A DNA stretch of 63,618 nucleotides, counting the filler. It is 5 parts of 5 records of this genome, joined end to end, with 100 filler letters (N's around TTAATTAATTAA, not from the genome) between each part and the next. Parts side by side here need not be neighbours in the genome. Positions count along the whole stretch, not along the records: positions 1 to 20,332 come from SRR22947725_610; 4 more parts are not named here. One strand, 5' to 3'. Below, one piece after another: positions 10,698 through 20,432 of this stretch. Both the position numbers and the translations under genes were made by a program. The notes beneath the pieces were generated by a model. It did not search any database. It was given only the letters and a program-made list of their open reading frames with translations, and was not told the DNA's origin. The number at the start of each line of letters is the position of its first letter. The stretch's first letter is position 1.

Positions 10698-11635
10698 TTA
10701 TAATTATCACTTCTATAATTATTCTCATCACTATTTAATAAACTTAAATAGTTATTATATCTAGATTTAGAGATTTCATTGTTCTCGACTGCTATTTTTA
10801 TAGCACAATTTGGTTCATTATGGTGAAGGCAATTATTGAATTTACAATTTTGACTTAGTTTAGCAATTTCATTAAAATATCCACCGATTTCATTTTTATC
10901 AATATCAATCAACCCAAACCCTTTTATACCTGGACTATCAATTATTTTTGCTCCATCAACTAAATCAAACATTTCAGCAAATGTTGTAGTATGTTGTCCC
11001 TGTTCATTTTGTAGTGAGATATTGGATGTTCTCAAGTTCAAATTGGGATCTAATTTATTTAAAAGACTAGATTTCCCTACACCACTATGTCCGGTAAAAA
11101 CAGAAACTTGATTTTTCATAGACCTCTTAACTAAATCAATATTAGTTCCTTTTTTTACAGAAATTCTTAAAGTTTTATAACCTGCATTGGTATAAATATC
11201 ATTTAAATTATTTATTAATTCATGATCTTCATCAGTGTAAATATCTGTTTTATTAAACAAAATGACAGTTTCAATGCCGTAAGATTTAGTTGAAACCAAA
11301 ACTCTGTCTATAAAAAGACTTGAAGTCTGCGGATTTGATGGTGTAACGAATAAAAAACAGCAATCTATATTTGATGCTATAATGTGAGTTTGTTTAGAGA
11401 GATTTACCGATTTTCTTATTATATAATTTTCTCTGTCCTCAATTTTGATAATTAAACCCTTCAAATCTTGTTCATCAGTAATTTCAAAAACTACTCTATC
11501 TCCTACCGCTACTGGATTAGTACTTTTAATTCCTAGAGATCTAAACTTACCTTTAATATTACATTTATAAACCTTTCTAGAATCAGTATGAACATTATAC
11601 CAATTTCCTGTAGATTTATAAACTAGACCATTCAT
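10694..11635 (-). CDS. rsgA: Small ribosomal subunit biogenesis GTPase RsgA
   Basis: NKTD, GHSGVGKSS, G.HTT, DSPG, and CKF.NC.H..EP.C zinc finger. Confidence 0.97.
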   Translation of the reverse strand: MNGLVYKSTGNWYNVHTDSRKVYKCNIKGKFRSLGIKSTNPVAVGDRVVFEITDEQDLKGLIIKIEDRENYIIRKSVNLSKQTHIIASNIDCCFLFVTPSNPQTSSLFIDRVLVSTKSYGIETVILFNKTDIYTDEDHELINNLNDIYTNAGYKTLRISVKKGTNIDLVKRSMKNQVSVFTGHSGVGKSSLLNKLDPNLNLRTSNISLQNEQGQHTTTFAEMFDLVDGAKIIDSPGIKGFGLIDIDKNEIGGYFNEIAKLSQNCKFNNCLHHNEPNCAIKIAVENNEISKSRYNNYLSLLNSDENNYRSDNYN

Positions 11636-11638
11636 TAT

Positions 11639-12721
11639 TTAACTATTTATGACTTTCTCTTGATTATTAATAGATTCTTGATGAATTGCTTTGAACATTT
11701 TTAAAACGAATTCTTCACTTAAACCCTTTTTCTCACCTTCCAAAATCATATTTCCAAGGATTTCATTCCATCTTTTTGTCTGAAGAACTGCAACATTTTT
11801 TTTCTTTTTCAACTCTCCTATAGAAATAGCAACATTCATTCTTTTACCTAAAGTTTCTAAAATACCATGGTCAATAACATCAATTTGAGTTCTGAGTGTA
11901 TTTAGTTGATTTTTGTAATCAGCTTCATCATTAGTAAGTGTTCTAATTTTTAAATCCTCCATCATTTGGACTAAAACTTCAGGTGTAATTTGTTGAGCAG
12001 CATCACTCCAAGCATTATCTGGATCAATATGTGTTTCAATCATAAGACCGTCAAAATTTAAATCTAAAGCCGTTTGAGAAATATCTTGAAGAATATCCCG
12101 TCTGCCTGCAATATGAGATGGGTCACAAATTAAAGGAATATCTGGAAATCTATTTTGAAGTTCTATTGGTAACTGCCACTCAGGATTATTACGGTACTTT
12201 GATTTTTCATAAGTTGAAAAACCTCTATGAATAACACCAAGTTTTTTAATGTTCGAAGAATAAAGCCTTTCTAGTCCACCAAGCCATAAAGACAAATCAG
12301 GATTTACTGGGTTCTTAACTAATACAATTTTATCAGTATCTTTTAATGCATCTGCAATTTCCTGTACAATGAATGGACTAACAGTGGATCTTGCCCCTAT
12401 CCACAAAACATCAATATCATACTCTAGAGCCAATTTAACATGACTTGCATTTGCAACTTCAGTGGCTGTCAATAAACCAGTTTCTTTTTTTACTTTATCA
12501 AGCCATTTCAATCCGATAGCTCCAACACCCTCAAACATTCCTGGTCGAGTTCTTGGTTTCCATATTCCTGCTCTATAAATAGAAACATCGGTATTCTTCA
12601 AATCATGAGCTATTTTTAAAACTTGATCTTCAGTTTCTGCACTGCATGGGCCAGCAATAACTAATGGATGATTTAACTTAAAATCATCAAGCCAGCTTCT
12701 CATTTCTTTTTTATTTTCCAT
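11639..12721 (-). CDS. Bifunctional DAHP synthase (type I-beta) with C-terminal chorismate mutase
   Basis: IAGPCSAE, KPRTRP, IGAR, DPSH, SDA.QQ; AroQ domain LRTQIDVID. Confidence 0.93.
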   Translation of the reverse strand: MENKKEMRSWLDDFKLNHPLVIAGPCSAETEDQVLKIAHDLKNTDVSIYRAGIWKPRTRPGMFEGVGAIGLKWLDKVKKETGLLTATEVANASHVKLALEYDIDVLWIGARSTVSPFIVQEIADALKDTDKIVLVKNPVNPDLSLWLGGLERLYSSNIKKLGVIHRGFSTYEKSKYRNNPEWQLPIELQNRFPDIPLICDPSHIAGRRDILQDISQTALDLNFDGLMIETHIDPDNAWSDAAQQITPEVLVQMMEDLKIRTLTNDEADYKNQLNTLRTQIDVIDHGILETLGKRMNVAISIGELKKKKNVAVLQTKRWNEILGNMILEGEKKGLSEEFVLKMFKAIHQESINNQEKVINS

Positions 12722-12725
12722 TTTA

Positions 12726-13571
12726 TTAATTATTATTTAAAATTTCTTTTATTCTATTAGTATTATTTAAAATTTCTGATAAGTCAGATTCATTTTCATT
12801 CAATATCAGTTCTTTAATTAAGTTTAAATTTGAAACATATTCTTCAATTGCTAAAACTAAATTACCCTTATTTTGTAAAAAAATTGGAGTCCATGTTTCA
12901 GGAAGACTTTTTGCTAGTCTTACTGTTGATTCAAAACCACTACCCGCTAAGTCAAATATATTATTTTCATTTTCTTCTTTTTCAATAACTGTCTTACCTA
13001 GCATAAATGAACTTATGTGAGACAAATGAGATACATAAGCAACATGTATATCGTGTGATTTTGGATCCATATAAATTGTCTTCATTTCAAGGTTATTAAA
13101 AATTTTTAAAGCCAGTTTACGTAATTTTATATCTGTTTTTTCAAACTCGCATATAATATTTGTTTTTCCAACATAAAGACCTTTTTGGGCAGCTTCGGGT
13201 CCAGAAAATTCGGTTCCTGCCATTGGGTGAGCGGCCAAATAATTTCCTCTTTTAAGATGATCGTTTAATAGCTCACATATTGCTTGTTTAGTAGATCCAA
13301 CATCAAAAACTAAAGTATTTGAACTAATTAAATCTAAAACTTTTGGGATTATATTTAATGAATGACTAACAGGGACAGCCACTAATATTAAATCCATTTT
13401 ACGTAAATCCTTGTAAGAAATAATAAAATCAATTAAGCCAATTTCTTTTGCTTTATTTAAATTTTCAGCAGAATTATCAATTCCATGTATAATAGAGCTA
13501 GGAAAAGGTGTTTTTATGTCTAACGCAAAAGACCCACCCATTAAACCAAGACCAATAATTCCTATTTTCAT
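12726..13571 (-). CDS. tyrA: Prephenate dehydrogenase
   Basis: GLGLMGGS, DVGSTK, HPMAGTE, HD...AYVSHL.H motifs. Confidence 0.94.
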   Translation of the reverse strand: MKIGIIGLGLMGGSFALDIKTPFPSSIIHGIDNSAENLNKAKEIGLIDFIISYKDLRKMDLILVAVPVSHSLNIIPKVLDLISSNTLVFDVGSTKQAICELLNDHLKRGNYLAAHPMAGTEFSGPEAAQKGLYVGKTNIICEFEKTDIKLRKLALKIFNNLEMKTIYMDPKSHDIHVAYVSHLSHISSFMLGKTVIEKEENENNIFDLAGSGFESTVRLAKSLPETWTPIFLQNKGNLVLAIEEYVSNLNLIKELILNENESDLSEILNNTNRIKEILNNN

Positions 13572-14719
13572 TTTTCTAATCTTTTTAAAGCTTCAATAAT
13601 ATTATTTTCATCAATACATAAAGAAAATCTTATATAACCTTCTCCTTCAGAGCCAAAAATTGTTCCTGGAGCTACAAATATTTTCTTTTCATTTAATAAA
13701 TAATCGATAAATTTTTCAGAGTCTTTTATTTCATCTGGAAGTTTAGCCCAAACAAATAAACCTTTAGAGTTTTTGTCATATGTACAATTCAAAATATCAG
13801 CTATTTTCCATATCAATTCCCTTCTTTTAGTGTATATAATATTTAATTTTTCAAACCAACTTTTATCTAAATTTAAAGCAGCTATAGCTCCTTTCTGTAC
13901 ACCATAAAACATACCGGAATCCATATTACTTTTTACCTTAAGAACTCTAGAAACATTTTCCAAAGAACCAAGTAACATACCTACTCTCCAACCTGACATA
14001 TTAAAAGATTTACTAAGAGAGTTTAATTCCATAGCAACTTCTTTTGAATTATCAACCGAAAGCAAACTAGTATGGTTATCATTAAGAATAAAACTGTACG
14101 GATTGTCGTTAATTATTAAAATATTATTTTTTTTAGCAAAATTTATTAATTGTTCAAACTGTTTAAAACTTGCAGAGGCCCCTGTAGGCATGTGAGGATA
14201 ATTAATCCACATTATTCTGACCTTAGAAAGATCTGATTTTTCTAACTCTTCAATATCAGGAAACCAATTATTTTCTTGCGATAAATTATAGAATCTAGGT
14301 TTAGCTTCAACTAATTTTGTTACAGCTAAGTATGTCGGATATCCCGGATTAGGAATTAAAACTTCATCACCAGGATTTAAGAAAGCTAAAGAAACATGCA
14401 TTATACCCTCTTTAGAACCCATTAATGGCAGTACTTCATTTTCAGGGTTAACCTCTACATTAAAATATTTTTTATAAAAATTTGATATTGATTTTCTTAA
14501 TTCATAAATACCTTGATAACTTTGATATTTATGAGCAACCTGATCAGATAAACTAGAATTAATTTCATCAATAACTTTTTCTGATGGATATAAGTCTGGG
14601 CTTCCTACTCCCATATTTATAACCGGTTCACCTAATGCAATCATTTTTGAAACTTCTCTAAGTTTCTTAGAAAAATAATATTCTTCAACACTATCTAATC
14701 TTTTTGCATGTTTAATCAT
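13568..14719 (-). CDS. PLP-dependent class I/II aminotransferase (likely aromatic/prephenate)
   Basis: NYP..PTG, SLSKSF..SGWRVG; lies between pheA and tyrA. Confidence 0.88.
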   Translation of the reverse strand: MIKHAKRLDSVEEYYFSKKLREVSKMIALGEPVINMGVGSPDLYPSEKVIDEINSSLSDQVAHKYQSYQGIYELRKSISNFYKKYFNVEVNPENEVLPLMGSKEGIMHVSLAFLNPGDEVLIPNPGYPTYLAVTKLVEAKPRFYNLSQENNWFPDIEELEKSDLSKVRIMWINYPHMPTGASASFKQFEQLINFAKKNNILIINDNPYSFILNDNHTSLLSVDNSKEVAMELNSLSKSFNMSGWRVGMLLGSLENVSRVLKVKSNMDSGMFYGVQKGAIAALNLDKSWFEKLNIIYTKRRELIWKIADILNCTYDKNSKGLFVWAKLPDEIKDSEKFIDYLLNEKKIFVAPGTIFGSEGEGYIRFSLCIDENNIIEALKRLEK

Positions 14720-15537
14720 TTCATCTGATTTTTATAGATTCCTAATAGTTTTAAAGATTCAGCCTTATCTTTAATTAATTCAAATGCTTTATTGAAATCA
14801 TTTATGTTGCTAAAGGTAGTATCAATAAAAAATGAATATTTCCAAGGTAATTCGATTATTGGTAAAGATTGAATTTTTGTTAAATTAAGATTGTAATTTT
14901 TTAAAATAGTCAAGACATTTGCCAAGCTTCCGGTTTTATGGCTTAATGAAAATTTTAATGATGCTTTATCAAAGTTCTCTGAATTAGATGTATTATTTTT
15001 TGAAATGACTACAAACCTTGTTTCATTTTTCTTAATGGTTTGAATATTCTTTTCGATTATTTTAAGGCCATAAAGTTTAGAAGCTTCTACACTAGCAACA
15101 GCCCCTGTGTTTTTTATTTTATTTTCTGAAATTCGTTTTGCTTCTTCAGCTGTATCTTTTCCTTCAACTAGTGTTATTTTTGGGAAATCTTTGAAAAATT
15201 TTTTACATTGAAGAAGTGCCATGGGGTGAGAAGAAACAATTTCCAAATCGTTAAAACTCACACCAGGATAAACCATTAACTGATGGTTTATATTTACAAA
15301 ATATTCGCCAACTATATTTAAATTTAAATTATCAATAAGAGCATAGTTTGGTATGATTGAACCAGCTATAGAATTTTCAATTGCCATAATACCAAAGTTG
15401 GAATCACCACTTACAACCGAATCTACTAATTCATCGAATGATAAAAATTCATTAACCTCAATTGAATCACCAAAATATTCTTTAGCTACTTGATCATGAT
15501 AAGATCCCTTTATGCCTTGAATTCCAATTTTTTTCAT
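14716..15537 (-). CDS. pheA: Prephenate dehydratase with ACT domain
   Basis: ENSIAG, SHPMALLQC, N.TRF, NLTKIQS.P motifs. Confidence 0.95.
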   Translation of the reverse strand: MKKIGIQGIKGSYHDQVAKEYFGDSIEVNEFLSFDELVDSVVSGDSNFGIMAIENSIAGSIIPNYALIDNLNLNIVGEYFVNINHQLMVYPGVSFNDLEIVSSHPMALLQCKKFFKDFPKITLVEGKDTAEEAKRISENKIKNTGAVASVEASKLYGLKIIEKNIQTIKKNETRFVVISKNNTSNSENFDKASLKFSLSHKTGSLANVLTILKNYNLNLTKIQSLPIIELPWKYSFFIDTTFSNINDFNKAFELIKDKAESLKLLGIYKNQMK

Positions 15538-15546
15538 TATTACTTT

Positions 15547-15577
15547 AAAAAAAAAGTCCCGAATAAATCAGGACTTT
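15547..15577 (-). terminator. Intrinsic (attenuator) terminator upstream of pheA
   Basis: Minus-strand RNA AAAGUCCUGA-UUUAU-UCGGGACUUU, a 10-bp stem running into a U9 tract. Confidence 0.9.
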
Positions 15578-15599
15578 ATAAAATATATTTTAAAAATTA

Positions 15600-15677
15600 T
15601 TAAATATACAAAGACCTGATTCTTGCTTCATAATAGAAGAAAAAATAAAATTTTTGATAAAAATAATTACGTTTCAT
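15600..15677 (-). CDS. Phe/Tyr-rich attenuation leader peptide MKRNYFYQKFYFFFYYEARIRSLYI (25 aa)
   Basis: Hand-translated; 5 Phe and 6 Tyr; 3' part is complementary to the terminator 5' arm. Confidence 0.88.
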   Translation of the reverse strand: MKRNYFYQKFYFFFYYEARIRSLYI

Positions 15678-15753
15678 AACTTATAAAGAGTAAATGTAGT
15701 ATTACTTATTGAAAAAACAAAAATCAATTTAAAAAACTAATGAATTTTATTTT

Positions 15754-16737
15754 TTAATTTCTTATCATAGAAACATGTTTTTTAATAAATATTTGAGACA
15801 ATAATTGTTTCATTTGATCAAACTCGATTAGAAAAGCATCATGACCATGAACAGATTTAATTGTCTTGAAAAAAATATTTTCTTTAATTCTACATGCCTT
15901 ATAAAATGTTTCTCGATTTTGATAATCAGTGAAAAAAAGATCTGAATCAACAGAAACTATAAAAATATTTCCTTTGATTTTGGAAATAATATCTTCAAAT
16001 TTAACTTTTTCGTTTCTTGTAATATCAATTGTAGATAAAAGATGGTTCATTAGTTTATATGCTTGAAGTTGAAATCTTTGTTGGAGTTTTTTTCCATGGT
16101 GTAGTAACCAACTTTCAACATTAAAAACATCTGAGTCTTTTGATCTGCCAAACTTTTTTTGAAAAGACAAAGGTGATCTGTAACATAACATAGCATGCAT
16201 CCTAGCATCGTGAACAGGTTGAGAGGAATTATTTAAAATTTGTTTTTGAAGTCTGGTATTGGCAAGCAACCAATCACTTGATGTCCAATCAGAAGCAATA
16301 GGAATATAATTTTCTGACAAATCAGGAAAAATGGCAGCCATTTCCCAAACTAAACCTCCACCAATTGAGCCACCAATAACTGCAAATAGTTTATTGATAT
16401 TCAATTTTTCTAAACCAATTATAAAAATATTTGCGATGTCTCTTAAAATTAAATCTTCATAATTTCTAATTAGAAATCCATCGTATCCATTTCCAGGAAA
16501 ATTAAATGCAATAACTGTATAGTTTTCAGTATCAATCAATTTATCGTTTCCAATAATTGAATTCCACCAACCAGCATCGCCAGCGACATTAGAATTTCCA
16601 GTTAGAGCATGATTAACTAAAACTATTGGTGCTTGACCTACTGGTTTGCCAAAAACTTGATAAGTAAGCTCAATATTAAAAGAGGTTTTATTTTCAGAAA
16701 TAAAATTTTTAATATTGAGCTTTTTTAATTCAGACAT
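15754..16737 (-). CDS. metX: Homoserine O-acetyltransferase (MetX family)
   Basis: HALTG, GWW, GGSIGG, HGHDAFL; downstream of metY. Confidence 0.9.
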   Translation of the reverse strand: MSELKKLNIKNFISENKTSFNIELTYQVFGKPVGQAPIVLVNHALTGNSNVAGDAGWWNSIIGNDKLIDTENYTVIAFNFPGNGYDGFLIRNYEDLILRDIANIFIIGLEKLNINKLFAVIGGSIGGGLVWEMAAIFPDLSENYIPIASDWTSSDWLLANTRLQKQILNNSSQPVHDARMHAMLCYRSPLSFQKKFGRSKDSDVFNVESWLLHHGKKLQQRFQLQAYKLMNHLLSTIDITRNEKVKFEDIISKIKGNIFIVSVDSDLFFTDYQNRETFYKACRIKENIFFKTIKSVHGHDAFLIEFDQMKQLLSQIFIKKHVSMIRN

Positions 16738-16741
16738 AATA

Positions 16742-18034
16742 CTAGACTAAAACCTTAGAATCAATTTTTGAAAAAGCTAATTCTAAATCTTTTTTAAGAT
16801 CTTCGATATCCTCAAGACCCACTGAAAGTCTAATTAAATCACTTGTAACTCCCGTAGAAGCTTGATCTTCTGGTCCTAATTGCTGATGCGTTGTACTAGC
16901 TGGATGAATAATTAAAGATTTAGTATCTCCAATATTAGCTAACAATGAAAAAATAGATGTTTTGTCTGCAACCGTTTTTGCAGATTCATATCCACCTTTG
17001 ACTCCAAAGGTAACTATTCCACTTTGTCCTTTTGGAAGATATTTTTTAGCTAATGAATTGTAATTACTTGATTCTAAACCAGGATAATTTACCCACTCTA
17101 CCTCACTTCTTTTTTCAAGCCATTTTGCAAGTTCTAAAGCGTTACTACTGTGTTTTTTAATTCTAATATCTAATGTCTCTAAACCTTGTATAATTTGAAA
17201 AGCATTAAAAGGACTTAATGCTCCTCCCAAGTCTCTTAACCCTTCTATTCTCACCTTTGCAATAAAAGCAGCTGCTCCTATAGCATCATGGTATATTAAA
17301 CCGTGATATCCAGGTGAAGGTTCTGTAAACTCAGGGAATTTACCACTAGACCAGTCGAAAGTACCAGCATCAATTATTACTCCGCCCAGTGCAGTTCCAT
17401 TCCCATTGATATATTTAGTTAAAGAATGAATGACAATGTTTGCTCCATGCTCAATTGGATTTAATAAAGCTGGTGACGCAACAGTATTGTCCACAATAAA
17501 TGGAACCTTTGATGCTTTTGCATGATTTGAAATTTCTTTTAAATCTAAGACATCTAGTTTTGGATTTCCTAGAGACTCTGCAAAAAAGACTCTTGTGTTT
17601 TCTTGAACAGCATCTGCAAAATTTTGTGGATCGGAAGGATCTATAAAAGTAGTAGTAATTCCTAATCTTGGAAGTGTAACATTTAATAAATTAAATGTAC
17701 CACCGTATAAACTGCTTGATGCTACAATATGATCTCCTGCTCTTAATAATACTAATAGAGCTGTAGAAATTGCTGCAGTACCAGATGCTGTAACAACAGA
17801 TGCAATTCCTCCTTCAAGGGCTGCTAATCTTTGTTCCAATACATCATTTGTTGGATTATTTAATCTAGTGTAAATATATCCTGGTTCTGCTAATGCAAAT
17901 AAATTTGCTGCATGATCAGAATCATTGAATACATAAGATGTAGATTGATAAATAGGAACAGCTCTTGTTCCTTGGCTTAAGCTTGTATCATGACCTGCAT
18001 GTAAAGCTTTTGTTGATAATTTTTGTTCACTCAT
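16742..18034 (-). CDS. metY: O-acetylhomoserine sulfhydrylase
   Basis: PIYQSTSY, YTRLNNPT, HSLTKY PLP-lysine, HPASTTH, IRLSVGLE. Confidence 0.95.
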   Translation of the reverse strand: MSEQKLSTKALHAGHDTSLSQGTRAVPIYQSTSYVFNDSDHAANLFALAEPGYIYTRLNNPTNDVLEQRLAALEGGIASVVTASGTAAISTALLVLLRAGDHIVASSSLYGGTFNLLNVTLPRLGITTTFIDPSDPQNFADAVQENTRVFFAESLGNPKLDVLDLKEISNHAKASKVPFIVDNTVASPALLNPIEHGANIVIHSLTKYINGNGTALGGVIIDAGTFDWSSGKFPEFTEPSPGYHGLIYHDAIGAAAFIAKVRIEGLRDLGGALSPFNAFQIIQGLETLDIRIKKHSSNALELAKWLEKRSEVEWVNYPGLESSNYNSLAKKYLPKGQSGIVTFGVKGGYESAKTVADKTSIFSLLANIGDTKSLIIHPASTTHQQLGPEDQASTGVTSDLIRLSVGLEDIEDLKKDLELAFSKIDSKVLV

Positions 18035-18107
18035 TTTTATATATTTAATTATTATAAATTAAATTTATAATTAGATGTGATTTGACAATTAAAAGGGTGT
18101 GAAGCAT

Positions 18108-18159
18108 CTGCTTTAGCACTTTTTTAGAGAGGTTGCAATCAGTCAAATCGATCCTCTAA
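18108..18159 (-). ncRNA. SAM-II-class riboswitch aptamer
   Basis: Minus strand AGAGG-AUC-GAUUUGA-CUG-A-UUGCAA-CCUCU-CUAAAAAA-GUGCUAAAG-CAG. Shows P1 (AGAGG/CCUCU), the GAUUU, UUGCA and GCUAAA cores, and CUG/CAG pairing; located in the metY-metX leader. Confidence 0.82.
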
Positions 18160-18210
18160 CAATAAATTAGATTGCTAAACTATATATTTTTTTTATAAAA
18201 TAAAATAAAA

Positions 18211-19227
18211 TTATCTAAAATTTACTGAGATTCCTGCTGATAAGGTATTATACTCTTGAAAAGTAAAATCTGCAAACGCACTAAATACTAAAAATTTAAA
18301 TTTAGCACCTATTGTTGTCTTATATCCAGATGCATTGAAACTCATATCAATAGGGTCCATAAGAGATTTAGTAATTGGTAAACCAGAATCCGAATTATAC
18401 TCTAAGTTGTATTCACCAAGTAATCTAAATGATGAATTCCCGCCTGAATATCCAAATGAACTGTACACATTAAAGATTAATAAATCTACTGAGGCTAACA
18501 ATAAAAGATTATAGTTATTCAAACTAAACTGTGCAACCTGTCCTTTTCCATCAATAGAGCTAAAGGATTGAATATCATAATCTATATCCATATTGGAATA
18601 AGAAGCAAAAGCAGATACGTTTAATGGAAATTTATCTATTGGACCAAAATATTGTAATAAATTATGTTTAACTCCTAAACCCTTTAAAGACATATCTACT
18701 CCATTTCTATGATATTCTGGGCTGTATCTTAATATAATTTCAGTGTCAAATGGTATACCAACTCCTAATTGTAAAACTGGTGCTGGTATTGAGCCAAGGG
18801 GAAGTTTACTTTTAATTCCTCTTGGAGCTTTTACAGTTGTTGAAATTTCAGGATATAAACCATCCTTTGGAATAGTAATAAATAAATTTTCTTGCCTATT
18901 GTCTCCGGCTATTGTTGGTAAATTATCAACATCTGTTGTAATATAATCAAGATCAGTAATTGAAAAACTTCTGTCAGAAGAAGGAACAAAAGAAGTGTTT
19001 ATTCTTAAAGACAAATCAACCCCTAACTTTTTATGGACTTTAGCTGTATTGTACCAACCGCTATTAGTACTATATATAGCTCCTTTCATTAAAGGATTCA
19101 AATACCTTTCAAATATTTTTTTTGAGTCACTTTCTACAGAGAATAAAATTGATTCAAGGCCAGAGGATTGAGAAAATACAATCAATGGTAAAAATAATAC
19201 AATAAAAAATATTGATTTAAAATTCAA
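18211..19227 (-). CDS. Secreted/outer-membrane beta-barrel protein (DUF6588-like)
   Basis: Signal peptide, GWYNTAK.HK, G.GVKH, alternating beta pattern, C-terminal VNFR. Confidence 0.65.
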   Translation of the reverse strand: MNFKSIFFIVLFLPLIVFSQSSGLESILFSVESDSKKIFERYLNPLMKGAIYSTNSGWYNTAKVHKKLGVDLSLRINTSFVPSSDRSFSITDLDYITTDVDNLPTIAGDNRQENLFITIPKDGLYPEISTTVKAPRGIKSKLPLGSIPAPVLQLGVGIPFDTEIILRYSPEYHRNGVDMSLKGLGVKHNLLQYFGPIDKFPLNVSAFASYSNMDIDYDIQSFSSIDGKGQVAQFSLNNYNLLLLASVDLLIFNVYSSFGYSGGNSSFRLLGEYNLEYNSDSGLPITKSLMDPIDMSFNASGYKTTIGAKFKFLVFSAFADFTFQEYNTLSAGISVNFR

Positions 19228-19242
19228 TTATTAAACTTTAAA

Positions 19243-19250
19243 CAAATATA
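19243..19250 (-). promoter_or_regulatory. Bacteroidetes -7 element TATATTTG
   Basis: Exact TAnnTTTG match about 16 nt upstream of the 19227 start. Confidence 0.55.
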
Positions 19251-19264
19251 CGCTCTAAATTATT

Positions 19265-20332
19265 TTATTTCTTTTTATTATTTCCCTTTTTATTTCCAGA
19301 TCCTCCAGCAAATGAAGTCAAATCATATTTTAATCTAAATACAGTATATCTGGGCTGTATAACATAAGATCTAGTTTGACTGTATAATTGATTAAAACTG
19401 TCTCTATTTATTGAAGTGTCATTAAATAAATTAGTTACACCAATTCCAAACTCCCATTTGGACCCGTCTTTATTGTAAGATAAATCTGCTTCTAAAAATC
19501 TATACTCATTTAAAGTAACGTTTTCGTCTCTGTAATAATTGTATGAATAATCAGCAGTAAACACAAATCCCTTTCCAAAATATGCATCAACTTTTACAAA
19601 TGGAGAGTCTGTATAAAAATAACTCTTAAAATCACCAGTATCATATAAACGCTTATTATAACTATAACCAATTTCAACATTTGGTTTATCTCTAAAATTA
19701 GTAGCTAGACTCGCTTTATAGCTTTGTGTAAAATTAACTTGTTCAGTAAGTCTTTCGTTTATTATATTATTAAAATTACTGTAATTAAAATTCATATTAA
19801 ATCCAGCTTTAAAGTTTTTAAATCTTTTGTCAATACGACCAGAAGCAGTATAATTATCTCTTGGTAAATTAGAATTTATAGCAGATCTAACACTGCTTAT
19901 TCCACTAATAAGTGTATTGTTTTGAATTGTATTACTTCTTTTTGAATATCCAAGTCTAGCAAAAACGTTAGTAAAGTTGAAAATATTTATGCTTTGATAA
20001 TTTAAGTTATAATTATAAATTTTTGCAGCTTCTAAAGTTGGATTACCTTGAAAGAATGAATTGTAATTATTAAAAACATATCCTTCAGCTAAATTATTAA
20101 CATCAGTAAATTGATTGGTAGCTCTATAAGTAAACCTAAGTGATTCAGAATCTTTAAACTTTATAAAAACTCTCATATCAGGTCTAATATCTGAGTATGA
20201 ATTAGAAACCATTCTACCTAACTGAATATTTTCAGTTTTATAAGAATTTATAGTAAATCCAGGTTCCATTGTAAAAATTCCTGTAATAAATCTATAGTTA
20301 AAGGATAAGTATGCATCACTAAAATTGAAGTC
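19265..20332 (-). CDS. Outer-membrane beta-barrel / TonB-dependent-receptor-like protein, 3' part only
   Basis: GNP.L, NLFN, QPRY...L.Y barrel motifs; frame open to the contig edge. Confidence 0.75.
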   Translation of the reverse strand, partial: DFNFSDAYLSFNYRFITGIFTMEPGFTINSYKTENIQLGRMVSNSYSDIRPDMRVFIKFKDSESLRFTYRATNQFTDVNNLAEGYVFNNYNSFFQGNPTLEAAKIYNYNLNYQSINIFNFTNVFARLGYSKRSNTIQNNTLISGISSVRSAINSNLPRDNYTASGRIDKRFKNFKAGFNMNFNYSNFNNIINERLTEQVNFTQSYKASLATNFRDKPNVEIGYSYNKRLYDTGDFKSYFYTDSPFVKVDAYFGKGFVFTADYSYNYYRDENVTLNEYRFLEADLSYNKDGSKWEFGIGVTNLFNDTSINRDSFNQLYSQTRSYVIQPRYTVFRLKYDLTSFAGGSGNKKGNNKKK

Positions 20333-20432
20333 NNNNNNNNNNNNNNNNNNNNNNNNNNNNNNNNNNNNNNNNNNNNTTAATTAATTAANNNNNNNNNNNN
20401 NNNNNNNNNNNNNNNNNNNNNNNNNNNNNNNN
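20333..20432. other. Artificial contig spacer
   Basis: 44 N + TTAATTAATTAA (stops in all six frames) + 44 N. Confidence 0.99.

Noticed and set aside
20377-20388. TTAATTAATTAA palindrome recurring four times
   Set aside because: Always centred in N runs; it is a synthetic six-frame stop linker. The ORF ends at 20385, 26733 and 58370 are artefacts of it.
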